NCBI GenBank assembly: GCA_905331295.1
Contig: CAJNYD010000293.1
Span: 1 to 64,000 of the forward strand
From: Rotaria socialis
Lineage: Eukaryota
DNA: 64,000 nucleotides
Direction: 5' to 3'
Shown: one piece after another, positions 27,501 to 41,200 of the stretch
Layout of the letters: every line of letters starts with the position of its first letter
How positions within the stretch are numbered: position 1 is the stretch's first letter
Notes under the pieces: model-generated
Seen by the model: the letters and a program-made list of their open reading frames with translations, nothing else
The model's database searches: none
What the model was told of the DNA's origin: nothing
Made by a program: the position numbers and the translations under genes

Positions 27501-28526
27501 CTCTTTCATAATCCAATGTTTTACTCAATTGAATTTGTCCAGTTAAACGATCAATTATGAATGGAGACTCAGTTAAAAGTTCATAAAAAATCTTTTCGTT
27601 ATTATCATTGATCGCTTCAATTTTTAATATTGTTGTTCCAATGACTGTATCTTCACGTATGTCAATGTTATAAATAGATTGAACAAATATTGGTATTGAA
27701 TCATTAATATTTAAAACAGTAATATTGAGTTGAATTGAAGTTGCACGTGGTGGTTCACCATGATCAGATGTAGTTAACAGTAATGAATAAGATGATAAAC
27801 GTTGACTATCAAGTGATGAACGTACAATTAAAGAAGGAATATCAAATGTAGAAAAATCAACGTCAAAATCTTCGGAGTTCGGTCCATCAAGTCTATATGA
27901 TTGAACACTATTCATTCCTAAGTAAACAAAAAGAAAAAGTCTAGTTATTGTTTAATGGACGGCATAGTTATTTTGGTGTTTTGTTTTCCTTAAGGCAATG
28001 TTCCTTTTTATAAAAATATATATATATCTATGTACAACAAGGTCAACAACGTACCTTCATCCGGATCGTTTGCACTAGGCAAAATGATTCGATAGCCTAA
28101 AGGTACATTTTCTTTGATATGTATAACGTGTATCATTGATTGTTTGTCGAATATTGGTGAATGATCATTAAGATCTTTTATTTTAATTTCTATTATTTTA
28201 TAAATGGTTTTATCTTGAATTTTTATGAAAAGTTGAAGAATAATTTCACATGAACTGCATGAACATTGTCGTTTTAAACACATTTGTTCGCGATTGAGTA
28301 TTGATCTAATAGTTAAATGTCCAGTTTGATTGTGAATTGTAAATAAATTTTTATTCAATGGTGATAATTCATATATTTGAAAGAATCCATTTGATTTTAT
28401 ATTTAATTCTTTTGATAAATCACTTACAAGTGTATTGACTGGTAATTTTTCTTCAATAATATATTTTAAAACTTCATGACTGGAAATTCGAAGAACAATG
28501 TTAAGAAAAATGATTATAAACAACAT
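24520..28526 (-). CDS. Protocadherin-like cadherin (signal peptide, ~6 EC repeats, TM, cytoplasmic tail)
   Basis: MLFIIIFLNIVLRISS signal; EC1 YIIEEKLP...LNREQMC; cadherin motifs DLNDHSP, ANDPDEG, LDYE, DINDNP, DVNDCIP, AHDCDLGEN, AYDNDSG; TM ILIYAVCLALVITSICIIIFSLIICLCC. Confidence 0.9.
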
Positions 28527-31500
28527 GATTAATCTGAAAAACAAAAATGAAACAAATTTCAAAATTTTATTTTACCTACTGAACATTCGTTTTTCCTCCT
28601 TTTCGTTTACAACAAATTGCTATCAATACTAGGACAATTACTTTCATTCTTTTACTTGGCTACACATGATGTATTCAATCATCGATCTGTCCGATATATA
28701 TATATATATGTAGACAGTAGTCAGTCTTTCGTTCGTGTTTCAATCTTCAAGTTGCTTTTTTTGTAGTTTTGAACAAACAAAAAATATGTATTGAATGGAA
28801 TGAGAGCAAGCAGAACGAGAGGGGAAGACAGGGAGAGAGGGAAGAAGGTCACTTCACGCCCGTTGGGCAAGAGAGTGGCGAGAAAAAAAAACGAAAATTG
28901 AATTGGTCAATAGATTCGATAATCGATGGCAATCAGTAACAAAACAAAATAGTTCAATTAAACGAAACCTATTCAATTGAAATCCAAAGAAGAGTTCATA
29001 AAAAAAGATTTTTTTCTCTCCTTAAAGAATAAAGTCTAGATGTTCTCTACTGTAATTTCACTTCTTTTTTTTTTCAAATAAATCATTCGAGTGTCCTATG
29101 TATATGAAAAAATAACAATTTTTGTTTTCGTTCGGTATAAATTTATTCCCATGATAGTTCGAAAGAGTATATACTACTTGTTGTGTTCTTTTTTTCTATG
29201 CACAGTCTCAACTCTTTCAAAGTCTATGCCGATCAACTCTTGAGCTATAGACAAAAAGAATCCACTTCACCATTGAATCAATAGACATACTACAAGCATA
29301 TATTGATATAATGTTGAGAAGAAGAAAAAAAGAAAAAGAAAATTGAACAATGAGAACCGACCTGTATGTTAAGAAGTGTATCTTCTATAATGCCACGAAA
29401 ACGTGATCAAGACGAGAGAAGATATATACATAGCTCAATGTGATGGGTGACAAATTTTACTCATTAAATATATTGTTTTTGATCTATATCGTTCTCTTCT
29501 CTTTTGTTCGATTGGTTCAACTTATTCATTGGTGCTCAATATACATCAGACAAAACAAAAAACGAGAAAGAAAAACATCATGATGAACATATTCATTCAT
29601 TCATTCATCAAACATAACATGAAAAGTAGAAGGCCGGAACTGCGACAGTTGCAGAATTCCGTCTAACTTATTATTGATCTCAAAGAAGGATATTCTATAT
29701 GTTTACAATAAAATATTGTCTTGAAAAAAAGAAGAAAACATAATCTATTTGGATAATCACCTAGTCATACGGAGGAAATCGATTTGTTGACCGATCAGAT
29801 AAGCGAAATTAATTTTTTGCCGTCTTATATCTCTGATGTGATCATGTCATAACAGATCTACTCAAAAAAAAGTGACAATGTTGAATAATATCGACACATA
29901 CACGTATATACCCCATAGGGATGGCAACACTCTATAGTTTAACTTTTTCTCTTTGTCGTGTCCATCGAGAGAAACAAACTTTAGCCAATTCATATCAAGC
30001 AGAAAAACAACTTGTTAGAAATAAACAATTGACTTTTAAATTAGAATTATGCCATCAATTTTCACATAGTCACAGTCTGTTCGAATGTTTGTACATCAAT
30101 CATCGACTTTACCAATGTCATCAGCATCTTAATGAATGCAAAATAAAAATTAAATTAAATTTCCTTTTCCTCTTCACTGTGCACTTGATCAACAACAATT
30201 GAGAACATTCTTGAGTTGGACAGATGCACATAAAGTGCAAGAATATAAAAAAAACGACAGAGAAAAATTTAATATAATCGACATGTCATCGTTTCAGATT
30301 TTTCAATACGGAAAAAAAGCACTTGCTCGTTTTTGTTAATCCCTATTTCGCTAACATTGCAGATGCTGATTCGATGATCAGTTTTGTCAATATTAAAAAG
30401 CATATATTCTAATGATTTCATCGAGTGATTTTTTTCTTCTGCTAAATAGAAATGTAAATAAAAAAAACAAGAAGGAAGTAAGATGATTGATTTGAACGAA
30501 AAATACTTTCATAATAATTGCGTTACGACGGCATGAAACAGAAAAAAAGATCAAACGTTTGAAATATATAAGCGCTTTTGTCATATCTTGTTAACAGCAG
30601 GTATCCGAAGTCTTTGTGTCACATGACACACACACTTTGATCGATTTGCTAATAGAAAATAGCTAATGATGTTCGTCAACGTAAAATTACGTACGATATA
30701 AAAAAAAAGATAATTGAGTAGAAGATAATCAGACAATAATTTATACTGTTTCTTTTTGGTGACAGATGGAATTCATTCTAAATCTATTTTGTTTATTAAA
30801 TTAGATAGTGATTGACAAGTTTTTTACTTAGACAATTTTATAATTATTTTCGTAGAACGATCACTAATGGTTTCATTCGAGATTTAAATCAGAGTAATCA
30901 TTTAATGCATCAATATTAAATGGATCTCACCTTCCGTGTCGAGTGATGAAGATTGACAAACATAACGTTTTATTTTTTTCTGTGACCTATTAACAGGAGT
31001 CAACGAGATTATTGACAACTTCCTCATCATTTAATCATTATAACGAAGAAATCATCATGAATCGGACTTCATGCAAATATTATTTTCCATTCATTGAGAT
31101 TGACAGAAAATATTCGTGTATGTACGAAAATATAGTTCATGATGATTTCAAAAGACTTTTTTCAAAACAATTTAATCCTTTTCAGTTGCACAGTTTCTAT
31201 TTCGATGTCAAATAAAACCAACGAGTCTGGTCATTAATGAATTACAACAAAAAACATTTTCTCATCAAAACTTCATGAAAATAGATTAGATATTAAATGC
31301 TGAACTTTTTTCCCTGTTTCCACGTTTCTATATCTAGTTCATTTGTTTTTAGTTCCATCGTAAGGATTTACAGTGCTCTTTAGCTTGTTGTTTGTTTCAA
31401 AGTTAAATAAAATTCTTTGTAGAAGTTAAGTGTATAGTATTGTAGAGCTTCCGATTCTTCATTTTCTCACATGTAAGTGAATATTCTATATGAATAGTAA

Positions 31501-33076
31501 ATAATTGAAACATTACATTTTCACTTAGTTGGATTCATGATGACCTATTCATTATTACTGAAGTATTTTGCTAGAAGAACAACTCGATGATCATCTTTTT
31601 GAACATTTATTACTGATTGGCACTAAATTCTAGTGTATTTTTATGTATTTCGAAATAGCACTACTTTTTCTTGCAAAGATAAGATCATCATTTTTTGTAA
31701 TCTACAAGGAGAAATGTCTACAAATTACGGAGAAATCTTTTGAATATTATTAAATTATTTATTTCGAGTACGACTGTAAGAATTTGAAATACTTCCCATT
31801 TAGTACGTATGTAATGTTGCATGATGTATCAGTCTAAAGGGAATTGTGCACATCTATTATCAATCTTAAATTATTTGTTTTCGATTACATCAGTTATAAG
31901 TCGTCATTATGACACGCGTTCACAGTGTTGTCTTTCTCTTTCGTTATAATTTTTAGATATAATCTGACAAAATGAATATTTATCAAAAAAAGTAAAAGGG
32001 AGACAAAGAAATTACGAATGATAAGACGCGTAAATCACATTTAATTGCGCTCTACATTTATGCACTCTTCATATACACTAAGAAAGATGGATTCAACGAG
32101 TGAAAGATTCTCTATTATAATCATAATATGACATCAATATGGTAGACTTTGAATCCTAATAATTTGATACAAAATTTATTTCAAATCGAGGGCCTCGCAA
32201 GCCCACTTGAAGTTGAATTCAAACTGAAACAACACATGATTTTCTTTCATCGGTGTCTTGCTCTGCAACATTAGAGTAGCAAGAATGCAAAAGATATTCA
32301 TTTTCTCTAAACACCTTCGTCAATAGATATGTGAAATTTTTTTCGAACTACTCAACGATTATTTGACGTCATTCTATTGTAAAAATCTACGAATGACAAT
32401 CAAGGTCAGCTAGCTAATCGATGCACATGAGTCAAAAGATAGTAAATCATTAGAATGAATTAAGTGTGTCCATAATCTAGAACGGTTTGGCTTGTCTAGC
32501 TCTAGAATATGTCAACGGAAGAATTCTCTATTCTGCAATAGGTTATCAAATGTAACAAACTTTGGTCATCACGCAGAAGACGTCTGCGTAAAAGTGTGAT
32601 AGACCGAACAGGGCAATGTACGTATACTCTTATCTCTTGGTATTCTTTGTGTACTCGGATTGGTTCGCATTTTTATGCCTTTATTATGAATCACGCATGC
32701 ATCGTATGATATTTCTGTTTTTTTTTATAGCATATTCTCGTTTTGTTCTTTTATTAACCTTGACTCAGCATCATGCTAACTTTGTCCACTTGGTCTATGA
32801 ACAAAAGTAACCTTCTATTTGCCGTTAAAAATATTTCTACTTGACGGATGTTTCATTGATAGTTGTTTTTTATTTTTGATCGATGAATACTATTTATAAA
32901 TAAATCATAATATGTCGTATATACCTATTGAATTTGTACATGGCGAGAGCATATCTGGATTTTTATTTTTGTTCTTTTTCATATTGTTGTCATGTGATTC
33001 TATTTATGTTGTCGAGTAGGAGTAACATGTAGGCAACGACAGCAATAAGACAATATTATTCAGTTGAGAGAAAGAT

Positions 33077-34126
33077 ATGTCGACTATACGCACCTCACCA
33101 TTATTATCAAATCGTTTAAATCCATTTCTAAGTGAAGCAAATTTTAAAAAATCATGTGAAATAGTTCATACTAAATCTAAGCGCTATGATAAAAATATGG
33201 TTGATAATATTCTTGTTCATGATGATCCAGACAAAGCATTCATTGAAATTAATAAACGTACATTCATATGGTATTTAGCTATCGGAAGTATGACCAATCC
33301 TATTTCGTTATATTTACGTGATCTAACGCCACTGGTGTCTTATCCAGTTAAATGTCCTGATTATCGATTAGCTTTTCGAGATTGCTGTGGCATGGCTGAT
33401 ATTGAATACTGTCCAGGAAAAGAATTTCATGGAGTTGTACATTTATTACCTATGAAACAAATGCTTTATCTAGATCAAATTGAACATATTTATAAACGTA
33501 TTATAGTTAATGCAATTGATTATCAGCAATGTTCGCATCTTGTTTATGTTTATAAAATGAATTTAGTTGAACAACAAGAACGACTTATGAATTTACCATC
33601 GGAACGTTATGTAGATCTTATTGTTAAAGGTTGTGAATATTTTGGCGTTCACACTTCATATATTAATCGATTAAAACATGAACAACCAGTTATAGCTCGA
33701 AAATTGCCAACTACATATGAAAAAATAACTAATGTGCCGGATAACGTTTTTTTTACAAATGAAGATCTTTTGAAACACAATGGCAAAGATCCAAATTTTT
33801 CTTTATGGATTAGTGTGAATGGAAAAATATTAGAATATAAAGGTTTACCATCAGATGATCATCCAGATTATGCAAATAAAAAGCAATTTTATGAATTTGT
33901 TTTATCATGTTTGGGTGGACGAGAAGTTACTCATGCTATAGCAAGATCATGGTATGAACCAATGTATAAACTACCATTGAATGATGATGATTTAACAGAT
34001 GAACATCGCGCTTTTGCTGAAGATATGTGTGTTTCTTGTTGCCTTAAAAGTAGTGGAAATAGTCATGAATCCTGTTGGAGACCAATAGGAAGGCTTCGAA
34101 AAACATCGAAAAAGAGTCAATCTTAA
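33077..34126 (+). CDS. Intronless gamma-glutamyl cyclotransferase (GGCT/AIG2-like) fused to a cytochrome b5-like (MAPR-type) domain
   Basis: 349-aa single ORF. GGCT motifs WYLAIGSM, YRLAF, FHGVVHLL, LDQIE, PSERYVDLIVKGC...YINRL. C-terminal FTNEDLLKHNGKD...LWISVNGKI...LGGREVT...DDLTDEH...WRPIGRL resembles the b5-like heme/steroid-binding fold. Confidence 0.8.
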   Translation: MSTIRTSPLLSNRLNPFLSEANFKKSCEIVHTKSKRYDKNMVDNILVHDDPDKAFIEINKRTFIWYLAIGSMTNPISLYLRDLTPLVSYPVKCPDYRLAFRDCCGMADIEYCPGKEFHGVVHLLPMKQMLYLDQIEHIYKRIIVNAIDYQQCSHLVYVYKMNLVEQQERLMNLPSERYVDLIVKGCEYFGVHTSYINRLKHEQPVIARKLPTTYEKITNVPDNVFFTNEDLLKHNGKDPNFSLWISVNGKILEYKGLPSDDHPDYANKKQFYEFVLSCLGGREVTHAIARSWYEPMYKLPLNDDDLTDEHRAFAEDMCVSCCLKSSGNSHESCWRPIGRLRKTSKKSQS

Positions 34127-35283
34127 TGATCTTACGTTTTTGATATTACTATTGATGTTGAATAGAGTGTAAAGACGTTTTTCAGTGGATAGGAACATGT
34201 TTACCTATTTTAATAATAATGAATTTTTGTTTTTATTGGAGTAACTTTAATATGAACCTATATATCAATTGTTAATAGTTTTGTATGTATCAGTCTGTAA
34301 ATTGTAATATGCAACAAATAAAATAAAAAATTGAAGTTTCATAATATTTATCTTTTAATAAATTGCAGATTGCTTGAAAATTAATTACGATCTGTTATTT
34401 GAACTCAAGATTTTCTTATGTACTGTAGTTGCACTCGCGCTGAAAAATGTCCCAAAAGCTCTAAAATGTATTTTAAACAGCCAAAAATGCGTATATTTGA
34501 GACATTGATTTTCAAATGTTTACTTGGACTTATTTACCGCAAGAATTATAGAGTCTTGAATATATACTTTAACGACGCTCGATAATATTCATATTTCTAC
34601 GGTTTTGTGATTTAACTGGATACAATCACTTATTGACCTGACCCACGAAAAAATTTTCTTATCTTTTCTTTTCTTTTCATCATGAAATTGCAAAAAACGA
34701 GACAGTTCTTTCACCTTTACTTGTTTGTTAAGTGACGTCGCATTTTTTTTATCTCGCTCCATCAAATCTTTTCATTCATTTGAATGGGATTTGTAAGTAG
34801 AAAAAAAAAAGAAAATTTTATTTTTCTTCAAAACGCGTTGATGGGAAAATTATCGTACAATTAAGGATAATGAAAAAGCAAGTACTGATAGAAACTGCAG
34901 TGCTAATCAGTATTTTCATATTTCACTAGTTTTTACTTCAGGACTAATCTGCGTTAAATATAATGAGTTCTAATAGAATTATAATTGATAGAAAAATCAC
35001 TATTGAAAACTGAAAAAAGTTCATTTTGGAAACAATGAAGTAGTTGTAGCGTAACGAAGAACAAGAAGTATAGTAATTATATCGAAGTGACATTTTTAAC
35101 CATATATTTAATTCGCCAAAAAATTAATTCGAAGCCGAATAAAATGAAGTTTACAAACTTTAACATGAAGATATTTCTGAGCTTGATTTAGAGCATGAAG
35201 CGTTTTAATAATTATTAACGTAACAAATTTTCTTACAAAATAAATATTATTGTCTAATTTTTAAATATTATTGTTATAATCTC

Positions 35284-38200
35284 CTACATAGTTTTTCGAA
35301 TTGCAAAATGATAATAACGACCTTGCAGAGCAAGTAATTCTTGATGAGTTCCACTTTCAACTATGACACCCCTATGTAAAACACAAATTAAATCTGCATT
35401 TTGAATTGTTGATAAACGATGTGCTATTGTAATTGTTGTTCGATTGTTTTGAGCACGATCTAGTGCATCTTGAACTATTCTTTCATTGTTGGCATCCAAT
35501 GCACTTGTTGCTAAAAAGTTTATAAATATATTATAGAGCTATTGTATTCCTCGTATTATTTTTTACCTTCGTCAAACAATAATATCTTTGGATTTCGAAT
35601 TAATGCTCGAGCAATTGCTGAAATCGATTAAATTACATGTAAACAATCCTTCTTCTTCTTCTTTTTCAAACTTTGATCTTACCGATTCGTTGTTTTTCTC
35701 CGCCTGATAATTGAGCTCCTTTGGTACCACAATTCGTTTCATATTGCTAAAACGAACATGTGTTCAATAACCCGGAAAAAGAAACGTAATCCTAGCTAAG
35801 ATTTACTTCCGGAAGTCTTTGAATAAAATCATGTATATTAGCATTTTGAGCTGCTGCGATGATCTCTTCCATTGGAATGTCATCTCGACTATTATCACCA
35901 TAAGCAATATTTTCTTTTATTGACATATCAAATAAAACGGGTTCTTGTGAAACAATACCAACTGAAAACAAAATTAATTTAAGATTGACAAACAGAAAAG
36001 ATCTATTGAAATACTTTGTGATCGATACCATTGAAGATTAAGACTTCGAATATCTTTTGAATCGACTAACTATGAAAAGAAAATAGAAGAGCATGTGATA
36101 GTAAGACAGTGATATCGATGAACTGACCAATCGACCAAGATTTGGATCATAGAAACGTTCAATTAATTGAACACTTGTTGACTTTCCACATCCAGATGTA
36201 CCTAAACGGAAAAACAAAACAAAACAAAATATATATATTCAAATTGATGATATCATAAAGCGACAGAAAAAAATGACGCATACCAACAAGTGCAATTCGT
36301 TGACCTATGAAAAGAAAAATTAATAGAAATAGATGAATAGAAAACCGATGAAATACCAGGTTTAATTTTAAGTTGAAAATTTCTAAGAATAATTGCTTCC
36401 GGTCTATTTGGATAAATGAAATGAACACAGTCGAATTCTAATTCTCCATGAAAGTTAGGCTAAAACAACAAAAAAAGATGAATCATTGATGAATATCATC
36501 TAGAATAGTTCATAACTATTGACTCACAATTTCATCACCATCCTGTGAACTGTTGTTAATGGTTGGTTTTCGATTCAATAGAATTAGAATTTTTTCAGCA
36601 GCATCAACAGCCTTGGTGTAATCTGGAGACCTAAGCACAAAATGTTCTTTTATTCATATGGTTTTCATCTCAACATTTTCAATTATTTACATTGATGCTG
36701 TTTGTCCAACACTTTGGGCACCGAATACAATGCAATTAAAACACCTGAACTTAAATAAATTTAACATATTTTAAAGAGAATTATTCCTACAGTAGTAGAT
36801 TTTCAAATGAAACTGAGCCTTGCTCGATGAGAAAAGCACCTAAACTAAATAGTGCTGCAAGACTAAAGAACATGACAGAGTTTGTTAATGAGAAGAATAC
36901 ACCAAAGAGATGTGCTCGTTTTATAGATGATCTATAATAAAAATATTCTAATATATTCTCAATTAAAATTATAAAAAATATCTACAATACCGATAAGGAA
37001 CTTCAAGGTATTCACTATATTCATGATGAAAATAATTTTCTTTGGTTAATTGTACAACTGTTCGAATATTTTGTATAGATTCTACTGATACCTATAGAGT
37101 ATATGATCAAATGAACAAAGTTTATTTTAGAAAAAAAGAAGACTATTGCACCTTTCCAGCATCTTCCAGCGCTTCTTTATCTTTACTGGCAAATCCAGTC
37201 ATTAAACGACTTTGTAAAAATCCACCAATAACCATAAATGGAACAAAACCAAGAATAAGTAATGTCAATTGCCAAGAAAATACAAAACCAAGTATAATAC
37301 CAGTACCAAGTGCTGCAATATTCTGTATCATAAGTCCAATACGAACTCCAGTTGCTCCTTGTACAGCAGATGCTTCAGTAGCTAAACGTGTACATAATGC
37401 ACCTGTATTGTTACTTTGATTATCAAAATAAGCGATTTCTTGACGTAGAAGAGCGCTAAAAGCTTTTGAACGTAATCGCTTTGTTAGCGCTTCGCCCGAA
37501 CAAGCAAATAGAAAACCCTAATAAGAAAAAAGAAATGTGGAAACTTCGGGTTTCATCCGAGAGTTATGTGTACTGCAAAAAGTGCATGGGACATATGAGT
37601 CATTCTAGAATGTCTGAACACGAAAATTATCATGAGAAATTAGACAATTTGATTTCTGGATGCAGTTTTTGTGCATGTTGAGACGTTTTTCAGGCGATGT
37701 TTCATCAGAAAGCTACGGTTTAGCTCAAAACTAATATCAGATGATTCAGAATCAGTGTTAAAAACTGAGTCGATTTATATACGTTGTGGATAATTCTGAG
37801 AAAGATGTTCTTTTGAAAAATCTCTGTACTCCCCCTCAGGAATGGTCTGATCAAGAATGACAATTTTCTCGATAACTCAGCCATTTCTTGACGGATTCTT
37901 CTCATCTTCGAACTCAACCTAGATATTGATGAGACAATTCTGTGCACAAAATTTTAGCTCAATCGAATGTAATTGTGAAGAGTTATCGAATAAACGGACG
38001 GCAGGACACACTGACCGATTTTAGCAGTGTGCTCACTTTTTGAGTACACAAAAATCAAATCCAATAAATGTATCAACAATTTTGGAATCATTCAAAGAAA
38101 TAGAACATACTTGAAGAAACATGGTAACTAACATTAGAATACCAAAACCAATAAACAAAAGTATATAGACTAGTACTCGACTTTGCTGAACTCCTTTATC

Positions 38201-41200
38201 ACATTCTTGAAAGACCTGTTTCAATAGAAACAAAAGAAAGAAGCAATATTTTTTTAATGAACATTTGTAAAAATGAAAATCTACCGCAGTCAATTTGCTT
38301 AGAACAACACCGAATGCTGGTTGAATACCGCCATTGCATAGACATGAGACGCAGCCAATAAATATATATTTCCATTCTCGTTTGTTCATTTTTAACATTG
38401 CAACAGTCGCACTCGGTTTTTTTACCTAATCAAAGCAAAGTGATTGAAAGTTGAATATATTATTTTTCCTCCCTACCTCAACATTTTCTTCATCAACTGC
38501 ATCGTCACTAGTTTCTGAACTCTTTTGCTTACCATACAGTGCAATCTTAACCGATGGTGTCATACTAACGATAGTTGAAGCACGCTTTCTTGAGAAGCCT
38601 AATGGGGCCTCGTCAGTTTTGGCAGGTACAGTCGATTGATTCAATTCAAAAGCTAATTGTGCTTCTTCTTCAGCCTTAAGTAGATTTTGTTGTTCAACAA
38701 GACTATAATAAGTTCCACGTAGACGCATCAATGATTCATGATCACCTTCTTCAATAACTTGACCTTTGTGCATGACAATAATTTTATGAGCATTACGAAT
38801 TGTCGATAGACGATGTGCAATGACTAATGTTGTACGGCCTATAGTGATAGCGATTCATGAATATTATAATGGCAATAGTTCGATTAAATTTCCAGTATTT
38901 ATACCTTGAGCAGCACGATCCAAAGCTTCTTGAACTATTTTTTCACTTTCATTATCAAGCGCACTAGTTGCTATTATATAGCAAAATTCAAACTTAATAT
39001 AAAAAATGAAATATTTATTCACCTTCGTCCAGCAGTAAAATTTTTGGATCGCGAATTAATGCTCGAGCAATTGCTAAAAACAATTTCATAAAATAACAAC
39101 AACAATGATGATCAACATTCCCACGTGTACTCCTAGTGCACACTTACCAATTCTTTGTTTTTGTCCACCTGAGAGTGTAGCTCCACGATCACCAACTCGA
39201 GTTTCATATTTCTACAAAAAACAATACATATGCACGCAAACAAATCGCATAAACAACAAAACCGTAAGTATATCTATTACTTACATCAGGTAAATCCATA
39301 ATGAAATTATGTGCATTCGCCATTTTTGCTGCTTCATGAATTTCTGCATCAGTTGCTGTATCTCTTCCGAATAGAATATTTTCTCGGATAGTTGCTTGAA
39401 ATAAAATTGGCTCTTGACTAACAACACCAATATGTTCTCTTAGCCATTTTAAATTGTATTCATCGACTTGATGATCATCAATAAAGACTGAGCCTGCGTC
39501 AGGATCATAGAATCGTTGCAATAATTGTACACATGTTGATTTTCCTGAACCGGATGATCCAACAAGAGCAATGGTTTGACCACGCTTAACATCAAATGAA
39601 ATGCCATCAAGAATTTTGACGCCAAGTCGTGATGGGTAAGTAAAATGAACATTTGAAAAACGAATATCGCCGGTAAGACCAGCTCTTTTCAAACCCGTTT
39701 CGGAATTGCTATGAATTTTAGATGGCTATGAAAGATATAAATTAGAAAGAAAAACATTTTGATCGACTTGAATCAGTGTGTTGTCTTCTTACATCATCAA
39801 TAATTTTCCACACGGCATACGCAGCACCTCGTGCTTGAGTTAACGCTTGAAAGTGTGGACTAGCTTGACCCAAATTGAAAATAGCAATAATAATCGCAAA
39901 GAATACCTAAACATAATAATTGTTATAAGAAAAAAAAGAAGAACACTTCAATTCAAATGATTTTAAAAGCTATTTTGTATATAATTATTGAACGACTATA
40001 TATATATATATATATATATCTTGTTTTTACTTAATTCGATATTCTGTAAGCTTTTAAAAATAAATCATTAATTCATTTTTGAGTGTTTTCAACGTACAGT
40101 GATAACATCACCAATACTATATCCTTCGTCTCGAATCAATTTTGCTCCGTACCAAAATCCTATTATAAAAGTATACTTTACATCGACGATAAATTCATTA
40201 TTACTATGACTAACATACCTAGTGCATATGCACAATAGATAAAAAACCAAACAGTACCCATCGTAAAACCGTTTATTGCACCTCTTTTTATACCATTCTT
40301 TTTAGCGTCACCAAGATGCTTTTCATATCTATCAAAAACATATAATTACATTGTTGCGGAAAAAAAAAGAAAACAGTTAGTGCATTTGATTATCAAACTC
40401 AAACCTTTCCTGTTCTCGCCTTTGCCCATTGTAAGCGAGCACTGTACGAATCGAACTAAGTACTTCTTCAGCAATGGCTCCTGCTTTACCATAAGCTTTT
40501 AATTCCATTGCTGTCAAACTAGAAGCAAGCTAGAATTAAATACGATAATAATCAATTTTAATATTTTTTTTTTCTGTATTAAATACGAAAAAAACGATAC
40601 CCTCGAAAACAGCACAGCGGAAGTAAATAGTAATGGAGATATCGATAATATAACCAATGTTAATTTCCATCCTTTGGCAAAGCCTATACAAGATAGTGAT
40701 TGAAACTTATAAATTGAAATTCATGTAAAAATAAATATTTATAAACTTACCAATACAAAAGCCAGTAATAAATGCAGATAGAAATTGTGCTGCTGCACCG
40801 AGTTTATCTCCAATACCATCATGAATTTTATTGACATCATCTGTCAATTTCGTATTCAGTTCTCCAGCTTTGTGTAAATCAAAATAGACCATATCTTTTC
40901 GTAGAATGGATTGAAATAATCTTTTTCTAATAGTTTTTGTTTGCTTTTCAGCTGCCATACTCCAAAATGCTACTTGGAGATAACCCATCACAATACTAAC
41001 ACAACCGAGAATGACCAAATAGTTCGTTTGTTGCTTTATTTGACTTTGAAAATCGAGTGTTATATTAAGGTTACAAATACTAAATAATAAGTAATTATTA
41101 CTTTTGAAAATTTAGTTCTTCTCTCTAAATATAGACTTACGATAGTGATGATAAAAAATTCGATGCTGTCAATTGGTAGCCTGCTGGACAATACTGAGTA

